This document shows, piece after piece, positions 1 to 8,180 of a DNA stretch of 64,000 nt. The position numbers and the translations under genes are program-made. This stretch comes from a virus, in IMG/VR virus record IMGVR_UViG_3300027977_000008, positions 107,944 through 171,943 of that record. One strand, 5' to 3'. The first letter of the stretch is position 1; every line of letters starts with the position of its first letter. A model generated the notes under the pieces. That model did no database searches. It worked only from the letters and a program-made list of their open reading frames with translations, and was not told the DNA's origin.

Positions 1-1
1 C

Positions 2-745
2 CAACTTGTTGTCTTCCACTTCCTCATTGGCATCTATGCTTACATGGGACGAGAATGGGAACTTAGTTATAGACTAGGTATGCGTCCTTGGATCTGTATT
101 GCTTACAGTGCTCCTGTTGCTGCTGCCTCTGCTGTATTCTTAGTGTATCCTTTTGGTCAAGGTTCTTTTAGTGATGCGATGCCTTTGGGTATCTCAGGCA
201 CCTTTAACTATATGCTTGTATTCCAGGCAGAACATAACATCTTAATGCACCCCTTCCATATGCTTGGAGTTGCTGGTGTCTTTGGAGGAAGTCTATTTTC
301 TGCGATGCATGGATCTTTGGTAACCTCATCATTGGTTCGTGAAACCACAGAAACCGAAAGTCAGAACTACGGATATAAGTTTGGTCAAGAAGAAGAGACC
401 TATAATATTGTTGCTGCTCACGGATACTTTGGAAGACTTATTTTCCAATATGCTTCGTTCAACAACTCTCGTTCACTTCACTTCTTCCTTGCTGCCTGGC
501 CTGTTGTAGGCATCTGGTTCACCGCTCTTGGTGTTTCAACCATGGCTTTTAACCTTAACGGCCTAAATTTCAACCAGAGTATTCTGGATAATCAAGGACA
601 CGTTATTAATACGTGGGCTGATGTTCTTAACCGTGCTGGACTCGGTTTAGAAGTGATGCATGAACGTAATGCCCACAACTTTCCCCTAGATCTTGCTGCT
701 GCTGAAGCAACTCCTGTTGCTTTGACTGCACCTGCTATCGGTTGA
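2..745 (+). CDS. psbA: Photosystem II D1 protein (5'-truncated by window edge)
   Basis: Frame is open from base 2 ([26 protein letters not shown]); contains [14 protein letters not shown] and ends [15 protein letters not shown]...APAIG; Glu130 (high-light D1:2 type). No intron in the visible part. Confidence 0.99.
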   Translation, partial: QLVVFHFLIGIYAYMGREWELSYRLGMRPWICIAYSAPVAAASAVFLVYPFGQGSFSDAMPLGISGTFNYMLVFQAEHNILMHPFHMLGVAGVFGGSLFSAMHGSLVTSSLVRETTETESQNYGYKFGQEEETYNIVAAHGYFGRLIFQYASFNNSRSLHFFLAAWPVVGIWFTALGVSTMAFNLNGLNFNQSILDNQGHVINTWADVLNRAGLGLEVMHERNAHNFPLDLAAAEATPVALTAPAIG

Positions 746-766
746 TAAATAAATCATTGTCGTGCA

Positions 767-793
767 AAGGATCCTTCGGGATCCTTTTTTTTT
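767..793 (+). terminator. Rho-independent terminator after psbA
   Basis: AAGGATCC-TTCG-GGATCCTT stem-loop followed by a T run. Confidence 0.9.
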
Positions 794-800
794 ATAAATA
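793..800 (+). promoter_or_regulatory. T4-type late promoter for the endonuclease gene
   Basis: TATAAATA ending 26 nt upstream of ATG 827. Confidence 0.75.
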
Positions 801-826
801 ATAATGCACGACAATGCACGAATACT

Positions 827-1276
827 ATGACTAAAACAACTCAAACATCTGGGACTAAAACTTGTACTAAATGTGGTGCAAGTAAAGACATCGCAGAATT
901 TTATAAGAGAGGTGGTAAAACATCACCTGAAACTAGGCATAATCACTGTAAAGAATGTACTAAATCTAGAGTAACTTCAAAGTATAAAGAAGATCCTTCT
1001 CTTTATAGAGAACAGCATTTACAGAGAAGTTATGGAATTGGTAGAGATGAGTACAACAATATGTTGCAAGAGCAAAATAATCAATGTGATATTTGCAAAT
1101 CATTAGATCCAAAGGGCAAACATAACAATAATTATTTTCCCGTTGATCATTGTCATTCTACAAATAAAGTTAGGGGATTACTATGCCATAACTGCAACAC
1201 CGCATTAGGACTTGTGGGGGACAATATTAGCACACTACAAACAATGATTGAATACCTGAGTAAAAACACCTATTGA
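827..1276 (+). CDS. Free-standing homing endonuclease, endonuclease VII/HNH family (F-CphI-like)
   Basis: N-terminal CxxC...CxxC zinc module; QNNQCDIC...VDHCH...VRGLLCHNCNTALG Endo VII motif; directly downstream of psbA, as F-CphI is in S-PM2. Confidence 0.88.
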   Translation: MTKTTQTSGTKTCTKCGASKDIAEFYKRGGKTSPETRHNHCKECTKSRVTSKYKEDPSLYREQHLQRSYGIGRDEYNNMLQEQNNQCDICKSLDPKGKHNNNYFPVDHCHSTNKVRGLLCHNCNTALGLVGDNISTLQTMIEYLSKNTY

Positions 1277-1301
1277 CTTTTTTATTAACAAATGTTAAGA
1301 T
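1273..1301 (+). promoter_or_regulatory. Sigma70-like promoter upstream of the psbD operon
   Basis: TTGACT-17 nt-TAAGAT. Confidence 0.65.
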
Positions 1302-1315
1302 AAATATGAGAAATA

Positions 1316-1561
1316 ATGAAGGTGCTTATGGTTGGAAAGTTAGATCCTGAGGAAAATGTTCTTCAGTGGTTTGAACAAACTTCTAATGAACCTTATAATC
1401 GTCATGATTATAAACTAGTATACACTAATGGTAATATAAAAGTATTTGAGGATTATCAAGAGTTTATGGCAGCATGGTTTCAATATCCAAAACAACTTCT
1501 AAGTCACGGAGAAGTTTTGAATAAAAAAGTAAAAAAAATTAAATCTGGAGGATTTATGTAA
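1316..1561 (+). CDS. Hypothetical protein coupled to psbD
   Basis: Stop overlaps psbD ATG (TAATG). Confidence 0.75.
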   Translation: MKVLMVGKLDPEENVLQWFEQTSNEPYNRHDYKLVYTNGNIKVFEDYQEFMAAWFQYPKQLLSHGEVLNKKVKKIKSGGFM

Positions 1562-2619
1562 TGGTTTCTTCAACATTTACTCAACAAACTCAGAGAGGAT
1601 GGTTCGATGTCTTGGACGACTGGCTTAAACGAGATCGCTTTATCTTTGTGGGGTGGTCTGGACTACTTCTTTTTCCCACTGCTTATTTGGCAATTGGTGG
1701 CTGGCTTACTGGGACAACGTTTGTTACAAGTTGGTACACCCACGGGTTGGCGTCTAGTTACCTTGAGGGTGCTAATTTCCTCACGGCAGCTGTGTCAACG
1801 CCTGCTGATGCTATGGGTCATTCTCTTCTTCTACTTTGGGGTCCTGAGTCTCAAGGGGATATTATCAGGTGGTTCCAACTTGGGGGACTCTGGGCTTTTG
1901 TGGCACTCCACGGGGCTTTCGCTCTGATTGGATTTATGCTTCGTCAGTTTGAGATTGCTCGTTTAGTAGGGATTAGACCGTACAATGCTATTGCGTTTTC
2001 TGGACCGATTGCAGTATTCGTTTCGGTATTCTTAATGTATCCTCTGGGTCAATCCAGCTGGTTCTTTGCTCCTTCTTTTGGTGTTGCTGCTATCTTCAGG
2101 TTCCTGCTATTCCTACAAGGTTTTCATAACTGGACACTCAATCCCTTTCACATGATGGGAGTTGCTGGTATACTGGGAGGAGCATTGCTCTGTGCGATTC
2201 ACGGAGCAACTGTAGAAAACACTTTATTTGAGGACAGTGGACAAGCAAACACATTCAAAGCATTTGAACCTACGCAAGAAGAAGAGACTTATTCAATGGT
2301 TACTGCGAACCGTTTCTGGTCGCAGATATTTGGTATCGCGTTTAGCAATAAGCGTTGGTTGCATTTCTTTATGCTATTTGTTCCTGTCATGGGTCTTTGG
2401 ACCGCTTCTATTGGTATTATTGGTCTTGCTTTTAATTTGAGAGCATATGACTTTGTAAGTCAGGAGATTAGAGCTGCTGAAGATCCTGAATTTGAAACAT
2501 TCTATACAAAGAATATTCTTTTGAATGAAGGACTTCGTGCTTGGATGGCACCAGCAGATCAACCTCACGAGAACTTTGTATTTCCAGAGGAAGTACTACC
2601 ACGAGGAAATGCTCTTTGA
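1561..2619 (+). CDS. psbD: Photosystem II D2 protein
   Basis: [16 protein letters not shown]; [15 protein letters not shown]; C-terminus EVLPRGNAL. Confidence 0.99.
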   Translation: MVSSTFTQQTQRGWFDVLDDWLKRDRFIFVGWSGLLLFPTAYLAIGGWLTGTTFVTSWYTHGLASSYLEGANFLTAAVSTPADAMGHSLLLLWGPESQGDIIRWFQLGGLWAFVALHGAFALIGFMLRQFEIARLVGIRPYNAIAFSGPIAVFVSVFLMYPLGQSSWFFAPSFGVAAIFRFLLFLQGFHNWTLNPFHMMGVAGILGGALLCAIHGATVENTLFEDSGQANTFKAFEPTQEEETYSMVTANRFWSQIFGIAFSNKRWLHFFMLFVPVMGLWTASIGIIGLAFNLRAYDFVSQEIRAAEDPEFETFYTKNILLNEGLRAWMAPADQPHENFVFPEEVLPRGNAL

Positions 2620-2625
2620 TTATCC

Positions 2626-2654
2626 AGGGACCTTCTTGTAGGGTCTCTTTTTTT
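2626..2654 (+). terminator. Rho-independent terminator after psbD
   Basis: GGGACC...GGTCTC stem followed by a T run. Confidence 0.7.
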
Positions 2655-2680
2655 ATAAATCTCCCAAGTAATATTAAAAA

Positions 2681-3304
2681 ATGTCTTATTTAAATCATAA
2701 CTTACCTGATTGGAGTTGTTATATTCGTAATGAGTTTCTATACAATCACAAAAAAGGACACGGAGAAATTACAAAATGTGATGTTCATTCTGTCGCAAGT
2801 ATGGAGAAACGAGTTCCATTGTTTGAATGTTTTCTGGAGAATGGTGTAAACTGGACCCGAAGACCATTACATTCACTCTGCTGGAAACCTGATGCAGAAA
2901 TAGAACCTCTCAATCAAATTATGTATTGGGATTGCTTCTCTTCTTATGTGGATGTGCAACGAAGAAATCGTCTTGCTGGATTGAAAGCAGAACTTATTCG
3001 TCCTGATAATACTAAAGTTCATGGTGAGTATATGTTTACTCTTGACTGGGGATTTGAGAATAAGGGAATGACGGATTTTAATTACTCAGAAACTCCAGAA
3101 CATAAATGTGCTCATTTGTTCAAGGTGGAAACTGGTAACTACTATGCATACCCAAATAATAGAATTATATGGTATGATAGTGCCTGGACATTCAATCGCA
3201 TCAAGTCAAATCCAGGATATGAGATTGATACGAATTTGTATTCTGTAGAAAATACAAGAACCTTTGAGACTTCTGATCATTACATTTATCAAATTGAGGA
3301 ATGA
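2681..3304 (+). CDS. Conserved phage hypothetical protein
   Basis: 207-aa ORF with phage-like codon usage (MSYLNHNLP...YAYPNNRIIWYD). Confidence 0.8.
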   Translation: MSYLNHNLPDWSCYIRNEFLYNHKKGHGEITKCDVHSVASMEKRVPLFECFLENGVNWTRRPLHSLCWKPDAEIEPLNQIMYWDCFSSYVDVQRRNRLAGLKAELIRPDNTKVHGEYMFTLDWGFENKGMTDFNYSETPEHKCAHLFKVETGNYYAYPNNRIIWYDSAWTFNRIKSNPGYEIDTNLYSVENTRTFETSDHYIYQIEE

Positions 3305-3313
3305 ATTTAGGTT

Positions 3314-3439
3314 ATGATTTCGTCTACAACTCCATACAAACTCACAGAAATTATTCGGGATACTTGGCCCAATCTTTATAGACCACCAGCAGATTTCAAA
3401 CCACCATCACTTTATAAATCAATAGATATAAATAACTAA
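3314..3439 (+). CDS. Small hypothetical protein (41 aa)
   Basis: MISSTTPYKLTEIIRDTWPNLYRPP..., translated by hand; fills the intergenic gap. Confidence 0.6.
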   Translation: MISSTTPYKLTEIIRDTWPNLYRPPADFKPPSLYKSIDINN

Positions 3440-4409
3440 AAAGTAGTTATAAGATGAGCCCACAAGAACTTCGTGCCCTTCAAGAAGCATATTTAAGTGT
3501 TTATGAACTTGATGAAGCAACTGCCATGGCAAAGAGGGGCAAGGATGAGACTGAAATTCGTAACCAAATTGCATCAAAAACTCGTGGTGGGGAATTTGCA
3601 GACAAAGCAGGTAAGTTAGCAGATCGTGAAACTTATGGTAATAAGGAAATGAAAGCAGGTAGAGAGAAACTTGCAAGAAAGCAAAGAGGTGATTTCCGTG
3701 ATACAAATTCTTCAAGTCCTGGTCTTCGTGGATATGGTCATCAATCAAGTGACCCTGCTGTAAAAGCAAAACAAGACGCAAGAGGTAATCAGAGAGCTCG
3801 TGCTGCATTAACTCCTAATGAGAGAAAGCAATTAAATATGGAGTTTGATCTCTATGATGTAATCCTTGCACACTTACTTGCTGAAGGTTATGCTGATACT
3901 AATGAAAATGCACTAGTGATTATGGCAAATATGAGTGAAGGTTGGAAGGATAATATTCTTGAGGCAAGAGTAGATGATAGTCTTTCTGATGAGGAAAAGC
4001 AAGATGCAAGAAATAAAAGATCTGGTGGACAATCTGATTTTACTAGAAGAAATTTAACTAAGGCAGGAAGAGGTAAATCTCCAAAAGGACTGAAACCTGT
4101 AGAAACAACACCAGCAATGACTTCGGTGAGAAAATTTGAAATGTCACTCAATCAACCAAGAACATCTGTCGGAAAAAGAGTTCGAGGTGAGATTGAAATG
4201 AATAAGGCAGAAAGAGGACCCTCAGGTCGTCGTGGATCTTAAACACTAAAAATAGTGTTTAACTTTGGAAAGAAGAAACTAGATATAAAACAATATGCCA
4301 TAATTGTTGTGGTTTTTTTATAAATAACTAAAAAGCAGTTATAAGATGAGCCCACAAGAACTTCGTGCCCTTCAAGAAGCATATTTAAGTGTTTATGAAC
4401 TTGATGAAG
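3427..4409 (+). repeat. 91-bp direct repeat (3427-3517 and 4319-4409): late promoter + leader + first 21 codons
   Basis: TATAAATAACTAAAAAG(T/C)AGTTATAAGATGAGCCCACAAGAA...GATGAAG, one mismatch, 892 bp apart. Confidence 0.95.
3454..4242 (+). CDS. Late modular protein, paralog A (putative internal head protein)
   Basis: Late promoter; leader MSPQELRALQEAYLSVYELDE; linker DLYDVILAHLLAEGYADT...MANMSEGW; K/R-rich variable parts. Function is inferred. Confidence 0.7.
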   Translation: MSPQELRALQEAYLSVYELDEATAMAKRGKDETEIRNQIASKTRGGEFADKAGKLADRETYGNKEMKAGREKLARKQRGDFRDTNSSSPGLRGYGHQSSDPAVKAKQDARGNQRARAALTPNERKQLNMEFDLYDVILAHLLAEGYADTNENALVIMANMSEGWKDNILEARVDDSLSDEEKQDARNKRSGGQSDFTRRNLTKAGRGKSPKGLKPVETTPAMTSVRKFEMSLNQPRTSVGKRVRGEIEMNKAERGPSGRRGS

Positions 4410-5050
4410 AAAAGGTAGAACTCAAAGATAGAAACAAAAATGAAATGCAACGCAAGGCAGGCAACCTTGGTCGTGAAGTAGTTTCTACTCCTAACACGAA
4501 GAAGAATGCAGTAAAGAGAACTGCTGCAATGGATAGAATGGGTAAATTGGTAAGTGCAATTGCTAGTGATGATGAAGATAAAAGATTTGATAGGATGCCT
4601 ACTAGAGAAGAGTTTGTTGATGAAGCAAAGAAAAAACCAATGATAAAGGTTGGGGTTCCCAAGGAAAAACTTGGATATAAAGTTGCTGATATTGGACCTG
4701 GTGGTAAAGAGTATAATGTAAAAACTTATGGTGCCTATAATGAACAAGCAGACCTCTACGACATCATTCTCTCACATCTTTTAGATGAAGGTTATGCTGA
4801 TACTCAAGAAGCAGCAATCTATATTATGGCGAATATGAGTGAGGATTGGAGAGAGAGTATTCTTAGTGAAGACCCAGTTCAAGATTATAGAGATATGAAA
4901 AGAGCAGATCAAAATAGAAGTGGTATTAGAGGTCGTGAATTGAGTCACGATACAACTCTCGGACTTAAAGGCAAACCACAACCAGGAAGCGGATCTGTTA
5001 CTCAAAAACTTACAGTTAGAGGAAGAGAATTTACTATTCCCCCATCCTGA
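4346..5050 (+). CDS. Late modular protein, paralog B (putative internal head protein)
   Basis: Same leader as paralog A; linker DLYDIILSHLLDEGYADT...MANMSEDW; unrelated variable parts. Confidence 0.7.
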   Translation: MSPQELRALQEAYLSVYELDEEKVELKDRNKNEMQRKAGNLGREVVSTPNTKKNAVKRTAAMDRMGKLVSAIASDDEDKRFDRMPTREEFVDEAKKKPMIKVGVPKEKLGYKVADIGPGGKEYNVKTYGAYNEQADLYDIILSHLLDEGYADTQEAAIYIMANMSEDWRESILSEDPVQDYRDMKRADQNRSGIRGRELSHDTTLGLKGKPQPGSGSVTQKLTVRGREFTIPPS

Positions 5051-5056
5051 TCCCAA

Positions 5057-5114
5057 AACCACTTTCTGAACTGACACAGAGACCTCTTCCAAGGGGTCTT
5101 TTTTATGCTATAAT
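5057..5114 (+). promoter_or_regulatory. Palindrome-type promoter copy 1, with embedded terminator hairpin
   Basis: CCACTT-TCTG-AACTGACAC, hairpin GACCTCTT-CC-AAGGGGTC-T6, then TATAAT at 5109. Confidence 0.7.
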
Positions 5115-5126
5115 AAAGAAGTAAAT

Positions 5127-5333
5127 TTGAAAAGATCTCAAGTGTTAAAAAGCACTCAGTTCACTTACATTTTTCTTGGTGTCATTGCTATTCTTGGATG
5201 GAATATTTGGGCAATGCAAAAAGATGCTAAACTTATCAGAGCATATGATGATCAAAGAGCAAAAATAGAGTTCTGTAGTTCGCAGGCAGGATGGCATCCC
5301 GATTGTAATGATGATAAAATATACAAAAGATAA
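5127..5333 (+). CDS. Small membrane-anchored protein (family also at 59718 and 62553)
   Basis: Hydrophobic helix YIFLGVIAILGWNIW followed by KDAKLIRAY...C...PDC. Confidence 0.65.
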   Translation: MKRSQVLKSTQFTYIFLGVIAILGWNIWAMQKDAKLIRAYDDQRAKIEFCSSQAGWHPDCNDDKIYKR

Positions 5334-5510
5334 AAACTTTGATGTATTATTATAAAAAAGAAGGAAGTAATTATTTTTTATGAAATATGTTTCTGTAATG
5401 CTGTTATTAGAAAATAAAAAAATTGAATGGATAGATATTCCTTGGGGTAAAAAATACTTAGATGTGATTAGAAAATTTGGCACAATTATTATGACAGTTG
5501 TAAAATATCA

Positions 5511-5759
5511 ATGAAAGCAATAGTTTATAGCAAACTAGAATGTCCATATTGTGAAAAAGTAAAAACCATACTATTTCATTGTAATATTGAGTACATAGAA
5601 TATGTGTATGGAAAAGATTTTATCAGAGATCAATTTTATGCAAAATTTGGAAATGGATCTACTTTTCCCCAAGTAATATTGGATGATAAACATGTTGGAG
5701 GATGCACAGACACAGTAAAATACTTGAAAGAACAGAACCTCTTTCGAATTATACAATAA
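5511..5759 (+). CDS. nrdC: Glutaredoxin
   Basis: CPYC active site; TFPQV and HVGGC motifs. Confidence 0.92.
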   Translation: MKAIVYSKLECPYCEKVKTILFHCNIEYIEYVYGKDFIRDQFYAKFGNGSTFPQVILDDKHVGGCTDTVKYLKEQNLFRIIQ

Positions 5760-5884
5760 ATAAAGATGTATAACTTCTACTTAGGAGTAAGAAACCAAAA
5801 ATAAAAATCATAAGATTTGGAAAGTGGTTTCTTCCTTTTACAAATAAGGAATTTACCATTTGCTTAGAGATAAGAGAACGGTAA
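5744..5884 (+). pseudogene. Probable disrupted small gene after glutaredoxin
   Basis: Frame reads TINKDV*LLLRSKKPKIKIIRFGKWFLPFTNKEFTICLEIRER* with internal TAA at 5771-5773 and no start codon; resembles from memory a small gene that follows grx in cyanomyoviruses. Confidence 0.4.
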
Positions 5885-5900
5885 TCCCAGGAGAACAAAA

Positions 5901-6119
5901 ATGTTAGCAGCTATTATTGGTTTAGCAACTTTATGTTGCTTGTTGACATTAGGTTTTGGGGTTGTTATTGGATATTTGGTTAGACTATATTTACAAGATG
6001 TGACACCACAGTATTCACATCCTGAAATGTTTGACCCTAATGGCAACCCACTTCCAGACGAAATTATTGCTTTCAGGTTTGAAGGTAACACAGAACACTT
6101 AGACGAATTTAATGACTAA
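5901..6119 (+). CDS. Membrane-anchored hypothetical protein
   Basis: AGGAG RBS; N-terminal TM helix; HPEMFDPNG motif. Confidence 0.8.
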   Translation: MLAAIIGLATLCCLLTLGFGVVIGYLVRLYLQDVTPQYSHPEMFDPNGNPLPDEIIAFRFEGNTEHLDEFND

Positions 6120-6121
6120 TT

Positions 6122-6571
6122 ATGACAAAACTACCAAATAACCCTTTAGTTTCTGAAGTTTTTAAAGCTGCACACGGCGGTAAAACTATAGAACGAAAGA
6201 TTGAAATCTTACAAGAACACAGAAGTAATCATATCAAATCACTTTTGATTTGGAACTTTGATAAAGGAATTGAAACTATTCTTCCACCTGGTGAAGTTCC
6301 TTATAGAAAGAATGAAGCACCTGCAGGAACACCAGGACATACAAGACTTGCCCATGAATGGAAGGTGCTTTATAACTTTATCAAAGGTGGCAATGACAAG
6401 ATCTCACATATGAAACGTGAGCAAATGTTTATTCAACTTCTTGAATCACTTCATGCTGATGAAGCAGAGATTGTTACTCTAGTAAAAGATAAGGAATTGC
6501 AGTCTAAGTATCGCATCACCAGGAGTGTTGTTGAGCAAGCATATCCAGAAATTGTTTGGCTAGATAAGTGA
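6122..6571 (+). CDS. Conserved T4-like phage hypothetical protein
   Basis: LPPGEVPY and REQMFIQLLESLH..EAE motifs. Confidence 0.8.
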   Translation: MTKLPNNPLVSEVFKAAHGGKTIERKIEILQEHRSNHIKSLLIWNFDKGIETILPPGEVPYRKNEAPAGTPGHTRLAHEWKVLYNFIKGGNDKISHMKREQMFIQLLESLHADEAEIVTLVKDKELQSKYRITRSVVEQAYPEIVWLDK

Positions 6572-7683
6572 TTGGAATTTTCATTGATATAACAGATCAT
6601 TGCAATTCTAAATGTCCTCTTTGCACTAGACACAAAGTTTCTAAATTTACAAATGTTGTAGATTTAGTTCCTACAACATTTGTAAATAGATCATCAGTGT
6701 CTATTGAAACTTGGAAAACTTGGTTTTCCCCAAAAGTTCTTGAGAATATTTCTTTTATAAACTTTCAAGGATCATTTGGGGAACCAAGTTTATGTGAAGA
6801 TTTACTAAAAATAATTAAGTATTCAAGATTTATCAATAAAAATATTAATATTTTGATGAGTACTAATGGAGGAACAAGGGATAAAAATTTTTGGAAGTCT
6901 CTTGGTAGACTTTTATTTTTTTCAACTCCCAACTCTAGAGTAATTTTTTCTATTGATGGGTTAGACGATACACTAGCAGAATATAGAGTTGGGGTTGATT
7001 ACAATAAAGTTATAGATAATGCCACTGCTTTCATTTCTGGTGGTGGTAATGCAGAATGGAGGATGCTTGTCTTTAAGCATAATGAACATCAGATTGAAAT
7101 CTGTAAACAAATATCCAAACAACTTGGATTTAAAAAGTTTTCCCACCAAACGGTGAATGGGTTTTGGGATACTTCTGGCATGGGAAGTGGATCTTATAGT
7201 TACGTGTATAATGGTAAATTAAAAACTTTACAAGAAGCTTCTGACCCTAAGTATACAACTAATCGAGGAAAGACAGAGAAAAATTCAGATATTCATTGTG
7301 ACTTCAATCACAAAATAAATTCTATAGGAAATCTCAGAATAGATAGCATGGGGATAGTTCATGCTTGCTGCTATCATCAATCTAGACTAAGGTATTTTTA
7401 TCCCGATTATTATATCAATAAAAATCCAGACGCAAAACCAGTTTATGATGAAAGTATTGATAATCCTAATATGGGATCTGGTGTAAAATATTTGCATAAA
7501 ATTTTTTACGATAGTATTATACCTTTGATAGAAGAGCAGGGTGGATTAAAAAGTATTAATTTAAATTACTTTTCTTTAGATGAAATTATTAACACTCCAT
7601 TTTTTCAGCATAGTTTAATTTCATCGTGGAAAAATCCTGTACATATGTGCAGAGAAAATTGTGGTATTTCTAGAATAAAATAA
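6568..7683 (+). CDS. Radical SAM protein
   Basis: CNSKCPLC (CxxxCxxC); GSFGEP; STNG; FSIDG; C-terminal Cys (CC, CRENC); GTG start overlaps upstream stop. Confidence 0.88.
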   Translation: MIGIFIDITDHCNSKCPLCTRHKVSKFTNVVDLVPTTFVNRSSVSIETWKTWFSPKVLENISFINFQGSFGEPSLCEDLLKIIKYSRFINKNINILMSTNGGTRDKNFWKSLGRLLFFSTPNSRVIFSIDGLDDTLAEYRVGVDYNKVIDNATAFISGGGNAEWRMLVFKHNEHQIEICKQISKQLGFKKFSHQTVNGFWDTSGMGSGSYSYVYNGKLKTLQEASDPKYTTNRGKTEKNSDIHCDFNHKINSIGNLRIDSMGIVHACCYHQSRLRYFYPDYYINKNPDAKPVYDESIDNPNMGSGVKYLHKIFYDSIIPLIEEQGGLKSINLNYFSLDEIINTPFFQHSLISSWKNPVHMCRENCGISRIK

Positions 7684-7734
7684 GTAACAAACTATACAAA
7701 ATTACTTGCATAGATAGTGTATAGACGCTATAAT
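7684..7734 (+). promoter_or_regulatory. NtcA-like box plus sigma70 promoter
   Basis: GTA-ACAAACTA-TAC (GTA-N8-TAC) at 7684-7697; TTGCAT-17 nt-TATAAT at 7706-7734. Confidence 0.65.
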
Positions 7735-7741
7735 GTGTCTA

Positions 7742-7977
7742 CGTTCATTCGCAAATAGCGAACGCAAGTAAGTCGCGGAACGGAGCGTTCATCTATGGAA
7801 GCAGTTCTTATTACTTGTTTGCAACTTGGACAATTAGTTGGCAGGGTTAATCAATCTTATGCTCCTGCCATAGTGAAGAGGTAAATTATAGAGGAACTCG
7901 TAAGAGTTTCGCCAAAGAAGTGCAGCATAAATGCAAACGGATGAAGGAACGGACCTAAAAATCCATTCATTCAGGAG
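7742..7977 (+). ncRNA. Tandem glutamine riboswitch (glnA / downstream-peptide type)
   Basis: Two CGTTCAT...GCAA...GGAACGG units (7742-7783 and 7786-7952); GGATGAA can pair with TTCATTC next to the AGGAG RBS; directly upstream of a YRGVKY peptide gene. Confidence 0.75.
7795..7944 (+). pseudogene. Small ORF inside the second aptamer, with a premature stop
   Basis: MEAVLITCLQLGQLVGRVNQSYAPAIVKR*IIEELVRVSPKKCSINANG*; internal TAA at 7882-7884. Confidence 0.5.
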
Positions 7978-7983
7978 AAACAA

Positions 7984-8115
7984 ATGACTACTGCAACGTA
8001 TAGAGGAGTAAAGTATGACGTTGAAGAGCGTAAATTAAATGTTCTTCAACTTCTTAAAGATCAAATTGAAAAAGCAGAGCGCCTTAAGCAAGCACAAATG
8101 CAACTAAAAGGATGA
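7984..8115 (+). CDS. DUF4278-type small peptide (43 aa)
   Basis: MTTATYRGVKYDVEERK...; YRGxxY motif; AGGAG RBS; below the size limit of the ORF track. Confidence 0.8.
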   Translation: MTTATYRGVKYDVEERKLNVLQLLKDQIEKAERLKQAQMQLKG

Positions 8116-8121
8116 TTGATT

Positions 8122-8157
8122 GGGAGAATTGACTTTCCCCTTTTTTATTGGTATAAT
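8122..8157 (+). promoter_or_regulatory. Overlapping terminator hairpin and sigma70 promoter for the thyX operon
   Basis: GGGAGAA...TTTCCC-T run overlapping TTGACT-17 nt-TATAAT (8129-8157). Confidence 0.7.
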
Positions 8158-8180
8158 TATTATACGGGAGGTACTATCTA

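Noticed and set aside
2-2619. Group I intron in psbA or psbD
   Set aside because: Both frames are continuous and of the expected length in the visible region; the psbA 5' part is outside the window.
5771-7884. TAA stop-codon reassignment suggested by two in-frame TAA codons
   Set aside because: Many well-conserved genes end correctly at TAA (gp26, gp53, cp12, cobS) and long genes have no internal stops.
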